This document shows, piece after piece, positions 23,083-35,842 of a DNA stretch of 64,000 nucleotides (positions are counted from its first letter, which is position 1; the number at the start of each line of letters is the position of its first letter). The stretch comes from Actinomycetes bacterium (GTDB lineage: Bacteria; Actinomycetota; Acidimicrobiia; Acidimicrobiales; JAKAVM01), in the NCBI GenBank assembly GCA_021827485.1, contig JAKAVM010000106.1:45277-109276 (forward strand), in the 5' to 3' direction. The position numbers and the translations under genes are program-made. The notes under the pieces are model-generated. The model saw only the letters and a program-made list of their open reading frames with translations, had not been told where the DNA came from and made no database searches.

Positions 23083-23208
23083 GGTTAGCGGTGCCCGATT
23101 AGAGGTGCCCGATTAGCGGTGTACAATTTGAGATGTCAGATTAGAGGTGCCCGATTAGCGATGTACAATCTGAGATGTCAGATTAGAGGTGCCAGATTAG
23201 AGGTGCCA
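23083..23208. repeat. Nine tandem 14-bp units (consensus GATTAGAGGTGCCC; 42-bp super-period) in the divergent intergenic region
   Basis: (G/A)(A/G)TTAG starts at 23083, 23097, 23111, 23139, 23153, 23181 and 23195. Degenerate AAT(T/C)TGAGATGTCA units sit at 23125 and 23167. A stop codon in every unit closes all frames. Confidence 0.95.
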
Positions 23209-23216
23209 GAGAGTAA

Positions 23217-23849
23217 GTGGTTATGAGCAATTTGCTAGCTTCCGATCAGGTGCCAGTAACTGGACGTTTACAAAAAGCCACGGATTTCTTTCGTTGCTTC
23301 CCCGCAAGGCGTCGAGTCGGATTAGGAATGGGCCAAGTATTCATTGACTTTATGGAGTGGGAGATCTCTAGCGGACGCTTGTCTGACAGTATGGGATCGC
23401 CATGGTGGATGGCCGTTAATTGGATGATGATTGTTGATCTATCAAATACAATGAGACAATCGCCAGAAGCGGAAAAATTCAGATACACAATAGGACAAGA
23501 TAACATTAGAAACTCGCCATGGGATATATATCTTCAGTCTGATATAGCCAATGAAAAGGAACTGTTCTGGCGAGCGCATCAAAACTCTTTATCAAGAGCG
23601 GTCGAGCTGGCAAGCCCACTATTGGAAAGCGAAGTTGTAACTGAGCAAAGGTTTATCCAATTGAGTCTGGAAATAGTTGATTTTGTTGCAAGCTCCAAGG
23701 ATCTTGGAGACGCTGCAACACTCAAACAGTCACTAGACAAATTCTACCCGTCTAGCTATCCCATTACTCTCGACGATCTTGAAAGTCTTGAGTGTAGTCT
23801 AATACTTCTTGCGGGGGAAGAGAATACCAACCAAGCGATACTAAGATAA
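23217..23849 (+). CDS. Hypothetical protein
   Basis: 210-aa ORF with protein-like composition and no motif recognised. Its 3' end overlaps the ctaA 3' end by 86 nt (convergent), so its extent is uncertain. Confidence 0.4.
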   Translation: MVMSNLLASDQVPVTGRLQKATDFFRCFPARRRVGLGMGQVFIDFMEWEISSGRLSDSMGSPWWMAVNWMMIVDLSNTMRQSPEAEKFRYTIGQDNIRNSPWDIYLQSDIANEKELFWRAHQNSLSRAVELASPLLESEVVTEQRFIQLSLEIVDFVASSKDLGDAATLKQSLDKFYPSSYPITLDDLESLECSLILLAGEENTNQAILR

Positions 23850-24663
23850 CTAAGGTAATCCAAATACCCGCTGCAAATGCAAGGTGAATATCTTGGAGTG
23901 CACTGGGAGCTTTGAAGATAGCCGAGGCTGCCCCAACCCCAATCTGTATACATAACAAACCTGCTAAGGCATAACTAACAAGGTAAAGTCGGGGGACATC
24001 ACGCCAGTCTTTCAGTGCGCTGTAAAGAAACAGTCCAATTGCGATGGAAGCAATCAAGACAATGCTTCTATGGGCCAATTGTGTAAGTCCAAGGGGCGAA
24101 AACATCTCTTTGAAACTACATATTGGCCATCCGGGACAGGACTTCTCCCCACCTCCATCCACAACGATCGAACCTGAAATCATGACTAGAAAGGTCGCGA
24201 CTAAAGCCACAAAACTTTGATAGGACCGAAAGCCCGGCAGAAATTTCTGCTTTGCACCAAAGGTTTTACAAGTAGCAGAGACCCCTTCAACCTCGGGAAA
24301 AATTGAAGCAACATAAGTAACGGTCGTTGCTCCGGCAAATACCAGGCCTGTGATCAAGTGGAGTGCCACGGTAATTGGGGCATTATGGGTTATCACCGTG
24401 ACAGCACCTAGCACGACTTGGACAAGAATCAATACAACCGAACAAATGGACGGAAGCATCATCTTATTCAGTCGAGGACGGTGCATGCGCACTAATAAGA
24501 AAGTTGCAATCACAAGCACAGTTACAATGGATGCAAGGTAGCGGTGCGATTGTTCCATCTGGGCATGGAATCCATGAGTAGGTGCAACGTTTCCATAACA
24601 TAGGGGCCAACCAGGACATCCCATCCCTGAATTAGTTACCCGAACCGTGCTGCCTAGAACCAA
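23764..24663 (-). CDS. ctaA: Heme A synthase (CtaA/COX15 family)
   Basis: VRVTNSGMGCPGWPLCYG plus a second GGGEKSCPGWPIC pair, and several conserved His in TM helices. The listed TTG start would delete TM1. The frame stays open upstream to 24738 (see findings). Confidence 0.85.
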   Translation of the reverse strand: MVLGSTVRVTNSGMGCPGWPLCYGNVAPTHGFHAQMEQSHRYLASIVTVLVIATFLLVRMHRPRLNKMMLPSICSVVLILVQVVLGAVTVITHNAPITVALHLITGLVFAGATTVTYVASIFPEVEGVSATCKTFGAKQKFLPGFRSYQSFVALVATFLVMISGSIVVDGGGEKSCPGWPICSFKEMFSPLGLTQLAHRSIVLIASIAIGLFLYSALKDWRDVPRLYLVSYALAGLLCIQIGVGAASAIFKAPSALQDIHLAFAAGIWITLVILVSLGWYSLPPQEVLDYTQDFQDRRE

Positions 24664-24878
24664 GAGGGCATAAGTTGCAATTACGGTGAGTAGTGCTACT
24701 ACTCGTGTTGTACGTTCTGAATAAATGGTGTTACAAATCTAGAGGCAAAGAGCGGCAAATAATAGGGACTTCTGGCCCTGTTCCTGAAAAAAATCAGTTC
24801 CTAGGCTGGTAAGCGGCCGATTGAGACAGCAAGACATAATCTGTATTGTTGTCGCTTTTTGCTGATTGGAGATAGCAA

Positions 24879-26615
24879 GTGTCAGATGAGCGCTTTGATG
24901 TGGTAGTAATTGGAGGAGGCCACAATGGCTCCACAATCGCTGCCTATTTGGCCAAGTCCGGTTTATCAACCTGTGTGTTGGAGAGCCGCCCTGAGTGTGG
25001 TGGGGGCCAAGAGAATACAGAGGTCCGACCGGGATTTCGGATTGACCCCCATGCAACCTACCTATATGGAGGTGCAGCTCCGGGCTTTGACCAGCTAGAG
25101 CTTTGGAAATACGGGATGCGCATGGTTTATTACGCATCTATGGCTGGAGTTGCGACCTTGGACGGTCAAGCCGCCAATCTAGGTGGACGGTGGCGGCCCG
25201 ATCTCGGGGATGCAGCGATCAAACGCTATTCGCCAAATGACCTGGAAGGCCCCGGTAGGATTTTTGACCAGTTAGGTGAAGGCCCATCGAGAGAGTTGCT
25301 CCGTGCACTGTTTTGGACCCCTCCTTTCCCTGAAGGTGCTGAGATAGATCCTAGAGACATGCCGTGGTGGAAGGTATTTCGTCAATATCTTCCAAATCTA
25401 TTTTTTGATGAACTTGTCGATATGAGTTACGTGGATTTCCTGGACAACTTTGTGCAGTGGGATCCACTGAAGGTGGTCGGCGCATTTGGCGCTTGGTATT
25501 GCGGTGCTCACCCGGATTGGGAAGGAATGTTACTTCAATCGCTTGGTGGAACACTTCTTTATTCCTATGCTTCGGGGGCCCCGCGCGGAGGTATGCACAC
25601 TTATGCGCATGCAATAATCCGATGTGCAATCGCCAATGGTGCCAGAGTAATGACAAATGCCCCAGTTGGAGAGATAATCGTCAATAACGGTCGGGCGGTT
25701 GGAGTTCGGCTCTCGGATGAGGCAGCATTCCCTGAGAAGACGATATGGGCGGATAAAGCAGTTATATCGGGAGTAGATGTAAAGCAAACCTTCCTCAAAC
25801 TTGTCGGTAAAGGACATCTAGACCCCTCTTTCACCCAGAGGGTAGATGACATATCGCTTAAAGGTGGAAGTTTATTTGTTATGTCGGTTATATGTCGGGA
25901 GTTGCCACGATATCACAATAAGGAGGAATACTTTCCTCAAGACGTTTATCCTTCATGTGTTATTGCTCCAGCGGACTCTTTTGAGTATTTTCGAACTCAA
26001 ACTCGCGATGCATATTCATACAAGAAGCCCCCAGAACTAACACCTGAACATCTCACTATGATGATATGCACGCACGATCCCTATGATTCGACGCGTTGCC
26101 CTGACGGATATCACGTACTGTCCCCAATATACTTGGAGGTGCCACCTCCACAATATGATGTAACAGGTGCGCAAGGCATCAACAGACACAAAGAAGAGAT
26201 AACTAAAGCGGCACTTGGAGTACTGCGTCAGTTGGCGCCGAATATGACGGAAGGAAATATAGTGGATGTATTCGTCAATACTCCATATGATTCGGAGTTC
26301 CGAAATGCTGGAATGGTCGGGGGCAACTGGTATGGAATTCGCCAGTCCGAGGACCAGTGGTTCTCAAACCGTCCACTCCCAGAGCTTTCGCGATATCGGA
26401 CGCCAATTGAAGGGCTGTATCTGTGCAACCAGACATCTCATCCTGGTGGTCTGTGTCTAATGGCGGTTCCATACAACCTCATGCACATTCTTATTGACGA
26501 TGGAATAGCTAACCCGGGGAGTTGGTGGTATCCGTCGCCCCACTACATGAAAGATCTAAAGCCAACTGCAAGTATATCCAGGAAAACAGCCTTGGAAACG
26601 GATGTCGTCAAATGA
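24879..26615 (+). CDS. FAD-dependent oxidoreductase, phytoene-desaturase (CrtI)-like, paralogue P1
   Basis: [38 protein letters not shown] (dinucleotide fold plus GG). C-terminal [18 protein letters not shown]. Confidence 0.85.
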   Translation: MSDERFDVVVIGGGHNGSTIAAYLAKSGLSTCVLESRPECGGGQENTEVRPGFRIDPHATYLYGGAAPGFDQLELWKYGMRMVYYASMAGVATLDGQAANLGGRWRPDLGDAAIKRYSPNDLEGPGRIFDQLGEGPSRELLRALFWTPPFPEGAEIDPRDMPWWKVFRQYLPNLFFDELVDMSYVDFLDNFVQWDPLKVVGAFGAWYCGAHPDWEGMLLQSLGGTLLYSYASGAPRGGMHTYAHAIIRCAIANGARVMTNAPVGEIIVNNGRAVGVRLSDEAAFPEKTIWADKAVISGVDVKQTFLKLVGKGHLDPSFTQRVDDISLKGGSLFVMSVICRELPRYHNKEEYFPQDVYPSCVIAPADSFEYFRTQTRDAYSYKKPPELTPEHLTMMICTHDPYDSTRCPDGYHVLSPIYLEVPPPQYDVTGAQGINRHKEEITKAALGVLRQLAPNMTEGNIVDVFVNTPYDSEFRNAGMVGGNWYGIRQSEDQWFSNRPLPELSRYRTPIEGLYLCNQTSHPGGLCLMAVPYNLMHILIDDGIANPGSWWYPSPHYMKDLKPTASISRKTALETDVVK

Positions 26616-28315
26616 GCGCAAGTAAAGCTGGTCTAGAAGGTGTGCAACCACTTAGGCGCAAGGAAGAGTTCAAAGTCGAACCATTAGAACATATTCTTGA
26701 TGAATTCCCGATCAAGTCCAAGTATGATGTAGTGATTATCGGGGCAGGACCTAATGGGTTGATGGCCGCAGCCTACTTGGCTAAATCAGGATTGAAAACA
26801 ATTGTCTTGGAACGCCGTCAGGAGATTGGTGGAGGACTAGCCACAGAAGAGACCCTTTTCCCTGGGTACTATACGAATCCTCATGCCTTTTATCACATGA
26901 TGACTGACTATATGCCGATAATGTCTGATTTCAACCTGCAAGACCATGGGCTCTATTTTGTAAAGCCCAATACTCAAACCTCTGCAATTTTCTCGGATAA
27001 CTCCACTTTGACCTTGTACAACCAGCATGAAGATACCAAAGATTCGATTGCTAAATTCTCTGCTAATGATGCTAGAAGATTTGGGAAAGTCATGCGATCT
27101 TGGCGCAAAATTGTGTCAGAAATCATAGCGCCCGGCACTTATGTTCCTGCTATGTCGCCAATCGACATGATTGAGCGTTTCGAACAAACCGAAATGGGTA
27201 GGGAAGTACTTAGGCTATCGGAGATGTCACCACTAGAGATAGTGGAAGAGAACTTTGAAGATGACAGAGTTCGCGCGCTGATGCTTTATGTATCTTGCAT
27301 GTGGGGACTTGACCCAAACGAAAGTGGTTTAGGTTTTATGGTACCACTTATGATAGATCGAGCAATGAACAAGGCCCAGTGCTATGGAGGTTCACACAAA
27401 CTTGCAGGTTCGCTCTCGCGTGAAATCTTGAAAGCTGGCGGTACGGTTCTTGACAATGCTCAAGTACAGAGAATTATTGTTGATAATGGCCAGGCAAAAG
27501 GAGTGGAACTTTACGATGGAAGAGTAATCGAGGCAAATGTAGTACTTTCTAGTTTGCCACCACCGATTACTTTTGGGAGTTTGATCGATCAGACTATGGT
27601 GCCCCAAGAGATGGCAGAGGCCGCCAACCTCTGGGAGTGGGATAAGTGGTCTTTTTTCACCATGTCAATGGCTACCGAGAAAGCTCCCTACTACCAGTGT
27701 GATGATCCATCGGTAAACGATGCACTGATGGTGATTATGGGCTTTGACACTTGCCAGGCGGTCCGAGAGCATTTTGCTGCGGCAATTGCTGGAGAGATTC
27801 CACGAAATATTGGAGGACATGCAAGCGTGGAGACTCGTTATGATCCAACCCTTCCTCGGATACCGGGCCATCACGTCAGCTTTTTCCAGATCCATGCTCC
27901 ATACGACGTGCCAGGGGGATGGGACGAACAAGGACCAATTCTAGCCAACGAACTTAGCGCATTGTGGAAGCGTTCCTGCCCTAATTTAGTGGACGAGAAT
28001 ATCGTTATGCGCTCTATTGAAACTCCAGTTGATATTGAGACTCGTTTGACGTCAATGGTTAGAGGATCAATCAAACACGGCGATTACCATCCCTTGCAGA
28101 TGGGAGTATTCCGCCCGCACGATTCTTGTGTGGCAGGTAGATCTCCTATTGAAGGCTTATACCTTTGTGGCGCGTCTTCTTACCCCGGGGGTTTAGTGAT
28201 TGGTGGACCTGGTTACATAGCAGCCGGATCGGTTGTAGAGGATCTTGATGTTGCTAAGTGGTGGAGCCCACCGCAATACGTTCAACGATATTCGGCACAA
28301 TATATGAGTTCTTAG
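26612..28315 (+). CDS. FAD-dependent oxidoreductase, CrtI-like, paralogue P2
   Basis: The ATG at 26612 overlaps the P1 stop (ATGA). [39 protein letters not shown]-terminal [18 protein letters not shown]. The ORF is open from 26522, but that portion lies inside P1. Confidence 0.85.
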   Translation: MSASKAGLEGVQPLRRKEEFKVEPLEHILDEFPIKSKYDVVIIGAGPNGLMAAAYLAKSGLKTIVLERRQEIGGGLATEETLFPGYYTNPHAFYHMMTDYMPIMSDFNLQDHGLYFVKPNTQTSAIFSDNSTLTLYNQHEDTKDSIAKFSANDARRFGKVMRSWRKIVSEIIAPGTYVPAMSPIDMIERFEQTEMGREVLRLSEMSPLEIVEENFEDDRVRALMLYVSCMWGLDPNESGLGFMVPLMIDRAMNKAQCYGGSHKLAGSLSREILKAGGTVLDNAQVQRIIVDNGQAKGVELYDGRVIEANVVLSSLPPPITFGSLIDQTMVPQEMAEAANLWEWDKWSFFTMSMATEKAPYYQCDDPSVNDALMVIMGFDTCQAVREHFAAAIAGEIPRNIGGHASVETRYDPTLPRIPGHHVSFFQIHAPYDVPGGWDEQGPILANELSALWKRSCPNLVDENIVMRSIETPVDIETRLTSMVRGSIKHGDYHPLQMGVFRPHDSCVAGRSPIEGLYLCGASSYPGGLVIGGPGYIAAGSVVEDLDVAKWWSPPQYVQRYSAQYMSS

Positions 28316-28318
28316 ACT

Positions 28319-28354
28319 GGGCGGGACGCGCACCATGGGGGCGGGCGGGCCGGG
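28319..28354 (+). other. G-rich tract with canonical G-quadruplex-forming motif
   Basis: GGG(319-321) C GGG(323-325) ... GGGGG(337-341) C GGG C GGG CC GGG(352-354). Embedded in a GC-rich stretch (about 28316-28410) just after the P2 stop. Confidence 0.6.
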
Positions 28355-28533
28355 TTGCTTGGGCTCGCGCTGGGCGCTGGGGTTCGCGCTGCGGTCGGCA
28401 AGCGCCAGGTGGCCTTTTTGGCCATAAGTTTGCTTATGGGACTAATGGCCCTATTGAGGCCGGGCTGCTTCGATCAGAATGTGGAATGTGACACCTTCCA
28501 CTTCGCACGCACAGCTTGCGGCCAAGGAACAAT

Positions 28534-28588
28534 TTGATACTTCGGGCGGCCAATTGCCGAAAAGTATGATTGATACTTCGGGCGGCCA
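28534..28588. repeat. 19-bp perfect direct repeat TTGATACTTCGGGCGGCCA x2, period 36
   Basis: Copies at 28534-28552 and 28570-28588. They straddle the probable MerR start codon (28566). In the long ORF they encode (F/I)DTSGGQ twice. Confidence 0.95.
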
Positions 28589-29375
28589 GTCGAGCCAAGG
28601 TGATTGTGGAACTCGCCACGACCAAAAGTATCCAGCCGGTTATCTATCCATCTCAGAGCTGATCAACGCCACTGGAGTCACCAAGGCAACAATTCATCAT
28701 TATATTGCTCGTGGCCTTCTCCCTAAGGCGTTCAAGACTGCACATAATATGGCATATTATCCTCCGGAATGTATCGAAATAATCAATGCAATTCGGGAGC
28801 TTAGGGCTAGGCACTTGCCACTAGCGCAAGTCGCGGAAATTCTATCTGAGCATGATCTATCAAAAATATACGCTTTACTTAGACTTGCCGACGAAGAGAG
28901 CTTACTGCTTGCTTCATACGTAAATACCACCACACCGTCAAAGTCAAGGGAGGAGCTCTTGCAGCTGAGTGGACTCGCTCCAGAGGACCTTGACTATTTG
29001 GAGGAATTGGGATTAGCAAGGCGTGAAAATGAAGATTCATACGATGGGCTCACAGTTGAACTGGCCAAATCACTTGCTGCAATGCGGTCTGGAGGTATGA
29101 CCGAGGAAACCGGTTTCCATCCGCGAGATATAGCACTTTACAAGCGGGCAATTGAACAAGTTGTAGAGAGCGAAATCGCATACTTTGAAAGTCGGCTATT
29201 AGGCAAGATTGCGCCAGAAGAGATTCCTAGTGTGATGAGAGCGGCACTTGAACATGCTGAGAGTATCTGTGTGCTGACGCGAAGACGATTACTTCTTGAT
29301 GAAATTGAGAAGGCTGCCAGCAACCGTTCGCATATAAAGAAAACAAACCAAACTAGCCATAGGAGGCAACAATGA
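28566..29375 (+). CDS. MerR-family transcriptional regulator
   Basis: HTH LSISELINATGVTKATIHHYIARGLLP followed by a long helical C-terminal domain. The ORF is open from 28479, so the start is uncertain. Confidence 0.75.
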   Translation: MIDTSGGQSSQGDCGTRHDQKYPAGYLSISELINATGVTKATIHHYIARGLLPKAFKTAHNMAYYPPECIEIINAIRELRARHLPLAQVAEILSEHDLSKIYALLRLADEESLLLASYVNTTTPSKSREELLQLSGLAPEDLDYLEELGLARRENEDSYDGLTVELAKSLAAMRSGGMTEETGFHPRDIALYKRAIEQVVESEIAYFESRLLGKIAPEEIPSVMRAALEHAESICVLTRRRLLLDEIEKAASNRSHIKKTNQTSHRRQQ

Positions 29376-29752
29376 AAATTCGTTCGCGTGGATTAGGTCG
29401 TCGTGAGCTACAAATGGATCTGCATGAGTTCAAGATGACCAAAGAGGGCAACGAAGTAGTCCTCAGTGGGGTAACCCATGCCCCAGTTACTTGGGAGACC
29501 AGTATCCGATTTTCGGCGGAAGACATCGGGGGAATGATAAAGGTGGCAATCAATCCTAAAGTATTATTCCTTGCACTTAGGTGGGCACTTCGCAGAAAAG
29601 ATAGTCCACAGGATGCACCTGTCATCTCCTGGGAACGCAGGACGACACATTCCGGTCTTAAGGGTCATTCACTTTCGAGTAAGGCTAATGCAAGTGAGCT
29701 CAGTTCTGACGAGTTAGAAAGTATTGACGAGTCAGAGGCACAAGGTAGCTAG
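29372..29752 (+). CDS. Hypothetical protein, translationally coupled to the MerR gene
   Basis: The ATG overlaps the MerR stop (ATGA). 126 aa with an acidic/Ser-rich tail. No motif recognised. Confidence 0.45.
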   Translation: MKIRSRGLGRRELQMDLHEFKMTKEGNEVVLSGVTHAPVTWETSIRFSAEDIGGMIKVAINPKVLFLALRWALRRKDSPQDAPVISWERRTTHSGLKGHSLSSKANASELSSDELESIDESEAQGS

Positions 29753-29852
29753 CAACCTTTAGTTTTTATCAGGAACCTGGGGCCCTGTCGACAGATGCGG
29801 GCCCTACATGGCAAGGCAAGATGCGAATCTTCCTATTAGAAAAGGGGGAAGT

Positions 29853-33117
<3,265 letters not shown>

Positions 33118-33119
33118 TA

Positions 33120-34610
33120 ATGGGCGACGCCATTGTATTCCCAAAGGATATTTCTAAAACTAAGGATCTTATTCTTCCGCAATTAGGGTCAATTGTGGGT
33201 GGGAGCTTACGCACTCAAGGTGAGACTTTTGATTGCGAGAATCCAGCTAACGGTGAAGTAATCTGTTCCCTTCCAAGTGCGAGCGACCAAGTGGTAGATG
33301 AAGCAGTTGCTTGTGCAAGGGAGGCTTATGGTGGAGTCTGGCGGGCAATGTCTCCTGGTAAACGCCAGAGATTGCTCACTAAGTTATCTGCGCTTATTGA
33401 AGAAAATAAAGATAACCTCTCTTTGCTGGAAAGTAGCGAAAATGGGGTTCCATTAAGTGTAGTACGTAGTTTTTCTGTGGCTGCTTTGGCCAAGAATATT
33501 GGATACTACGCTAGCTGGATAGACAAACTTCATGGCAGTGTTGTACCTCTCTCATCTAGTGGCGCACTAGATTATGTGGTGAATGAGCCATATGGTGTTG
33601 TTGCTCTAGTAACTGCATACAACACACCATCTCTCTTCCTTGGTTCAAAAGCAGGACCAGCCTTAGCGGCTGGCAACTGTGTGGTTATCAAGCCATCTCC
33701 AATGGCTAGTTTGCCTGCTTTGCGATTTGCTGAGTTGGCATCGCAAGCTGGCATACCTGACGGAGTTGTAAATGTCGTACTGGGAGGGGCTAAGGTAAGT
33801 TCAACGCTAGTATCTCATAAAGGGATAGACCTTGTCAGCTTTACGGGTTCCGGGGAGGCTGGAAGACACGTTAGTCATTTAGCAGCTGAAAACCTAACCC
33901 CAATTGCCCTCGAATTGGGTGGCAAGTCTCCTGATATTGTGTTCGGCGATGCAACGTTATCTAAAGTTACTATGGGTGCCTGTATTGGAGCTTTTGCTTT
34001 ATCGGGACAGGCATGCGTAGCAGGAAGCAGACTTTACGTTGAATCATCTGTGGTTGATGGGGTGACTGAATCTCTAGTCAAGTTTGCCAACTCTCTGCCT
34101 ATTGGCGAACCCTCTGATCCAAGCGTAGTCCTTGGTCCACTCATCTCGGCTGCACATAGAGAGCGCGTTGAACAGATGATAGCTAATGCTCAAGATCAGG
34201 GGGCTAAAGTTCTTTGCGGAGGTGATCGAATAGGTGGATTACTCAGCAATGGCTACTATCTTCGTCCGGCAGTGGTGAATGAAGTTAGTAGTAAGTGTGA
34301 TATCTATCGCCAAGAGGTATTCGGACCAGTTCTAACGATTAGTGCATTTGACAACGAGGAGCAAGCAATTGAACTTGCTAACAATACACCTTATGGTCTT
34401 GGCGCTGGCATATGGACCAATGATCTCTCTAGGGCTCATCGTGTGGCCTCAAGATTGCACGCCGGTACAGTGTGGGTGAACTCATATGGAGTAGTCCCTC
34501 ACACTGCGCCTTTTGGAGGGTTCAAGCAAAGCGGCAATGCTCGGGAAGGCGGAATATGGGGTCTAATGACATACCTTCAGCACAAAAATGTGTATATCGA
34601 TCTTGGATGA
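33120..34610 (+). CDS. NAD(P)+-dependent aldehyde dehydrogenase
   Basis: ALELGGKSP (catalytic Glu), FALSGQACVAGSRLYV (catalytic Cys), EVFGPVL and PFGGFKQSG. Confidence 0.9.
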   Translation: MGDAIVFPKDISKTKDLILPQLGSIVGGSLRTQGETFDCENPANGEVICSLPSASDQVVDEAVACAREAYGGVWRAMSPGKRQRLLTKLSALIEENKDNLSLLESSENGVPLSVVRSFSVAALAKNIGYYASWIDKLHGSVVPLSSSGALDYVVNEPYGVVALVTAYNTPSLFLGSKAGPALAAGNCVVIKPSPMASLPALRFAELASQAGIPDGVVNVVLGGAKVSSTLVSHKGIDLVSFTGSGEAGRHVSHLAAENLTPIALELGGKSPDIVFGDATLSKVTMGACIGAFALSGQACVAGSRLYVESSVVDGVTESLVKFANSLPIGEPSDPSVVLGPLISAAHRERVEQMIANAQDQGAKVLCGGDRIGGLLSNGYYLRPAVVNEVSSKCDIYRQEVFGPVLTISAFDNEEQAIELANNTPYGLGAGIWTNDLSRAHRVASRLHAGTVWVNSYGVVPHTAPFGGFKQSGNAREGGIWGLMTYLQHKNVYIDLG

Positions 34611-34626
34611 AAGCGTTCTGACACGA

Positions 34627-35808
34627 ATGGACTTTGATCTAACCGATGAAATCGAGATGCTACGTACTAACGTCTTAGCTGCTGCGACAAATGTCCTGGC
34701 GCCTGGTGCCCGACTAGGGGAATCTCAAGGATGCTGGAGCGATGAAAAGGCAAAAGTGCTTTCTGGATTGGGCCTGTCCACCCTACTTATCCCAGCAACT
34801 CTAGGGGGAGATCAAGACCCTCTTGCATGCTCAGTCGCGTTAGAAAGCCTCGCATCAGGAGATGTAGGAGGATTACTTTATCATGACAAGCCGGGTCCGT
34901 TCTCAGGGGCACTAACAGTTCTGGGAGCAGTTATGCTAAATGACCAAGATTTGCCCCAAACAAAGAGTGCTTTAGCCGAGATTGTATCGAGGTGGGAGTT
35001 GGATTTCCCATTAGGTCTTATCGAAAGTGAATCGGCAATTGCCTTGGCAGTTGTCAGCTATTCTTGTGAGGATCTGAAAAGTATCGATTCAAGTGAGCCA
35101 ATTTCCGGTTCGCTTGCCTGGAGTAGTGGGCGGGTTGAGGATTGGATTTCTTCGACGGAAGATAAGAGTTCACTTTTATTCATTGTTGGTGAGGATTTTG
35201 TATCTCTTCTTCAAGCAAAGGAACTCTCAGTAAGTCCCTGCATTGCTGGAGCCTTTGAAGCTTCCGGTGGAGTGAGTTTATATTGGCAGGATCTTAGCAA
35301 ATCAATAGTTGTGGATGCTTCGCGGCAAGCAGCTATTTATGTTCGATCAGTTGCTCGGCTGTGGGTTGCTTCGGTGCTAATCGGAATCGGGCAAGCATCA
35401 CTTGATTACGCGATTGACTATGGTCGGCAAAGAGTAGTGTTTGGATCAGCAGTGGTCGATCATCAGGCAAATGCATTCGACTTGGCAGAGGCATCGGTGA
35501 AACTAGAGGCCGCTCGACTTGGCCTGAGATTGGGATGTAGGAACCTGGAAATGAAATTGGATTTCGCTGGAGAGATGAGTGCTTGCTGGCTCTTAACTCA
35601 AGCCTATTGTGAAGCTCGTGAAGCTTCTTTACGTGCCACGGATTTGAGTTTACAACTGCTTGGTGGGCATGGTTACATGAAAGATCATCCAGTTGAGAAA
35701 TGGTGGAGAGAAGCTCGCTTGCTTGTTCGACTTTTTGGAGGCGAAGACGCTGCTCTATCAGATCTCTCGACGATGGTTCTCCGATACAAAGATCCTCTGG
35801 TGCTCTGA
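34627..35808 (+). CDS. Acyl-CoA dehydrogenase-like protein lacking the catalytic Glu (probable non-catalytic partner subunit)
   Basis: Starts at MDFDLTDEIEMLR, a typical ACAD N-terminus. ACAD-like C-terminal helices. The YEGT catalytic-base position reads LFGGED. Confidence 0.7.
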   Translation: MDFDLTDEIEMLRTNVLAAATNVLAPGARLGESQGCWSDEKAKVLSGLGLSTLLIPATLGGDQDPLACSVALESLASGDVGGLLYHDKPGPFSGALTVLGAVMLNDQDLPQTKSALAEIVSRWELDFPLGLIESESAIALAVVSYSCEDLKSIDSSEPISGSLAWSSGRVEDWISSTEDKSSLLFIVGEDFVSLLQAKELSVSPCIAGAFEASGGVSLYWQDLSKSIVVDASRQAAIYVRSVARLWVASVLIGIGQASLDYAIDYGRQRVVFGSAVVDHQANAFDLAEASVKLEAARLGLRLGCRNLEMKLDFAGEMSACWLLTQAYCEAREASLRATDLSLQLLGGHGYMKDHPVEKWWREARLLVRLFGGEDAALSDLSTMVLRYKDPLVL

Positions 35809-35835
35809 TGGTTCTCCGATACAAAGATCCTCTGG
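35772..35835. repeat. 29-bp perfect direct repeat (period 35) spanning the junction of the two ACAD genes
   Basis: GATGGTTCTCCGATACAAAGATCCTCTGG at 35772-35800 and 35807-35835. Copy 1 encodes the C-terminus (MVLRYKDPL) of the first gene, and its TGA stop (35806-35808) runs into copy 2. Confidence 0.95.
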
Positions 35836-35842
35836 CGTTGTG

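Noticed and set aside
17414-23208. Whether the 16-bp and 14-bp tandem arrays could be CRISPR arrays
   Set aside because: The units are contiguous with no unique spacers between them. They are far shorter than CRISPR repeats. No cas genes are in the window.
23764-23849. 86-nt convergent overlap between the hypothetical gene (23217-23849) and ctaA as a sign of antisense regulation
   Set aside because: The hypothetical ORF is weakly supported, and the C-terminal extents of both ORFs are set only by chance stop positions. There is not enough evidence to propose a functional overlap.
28258-28625. Three overlapping ORFs (77, 60 and 63 aa) in the P2-MerR intergenic region
   Set aside because: They are driven by the GC-rich/G-run segment, are mutually overlapping on both strands, and have Gly/Ala/Arg-rich translations.
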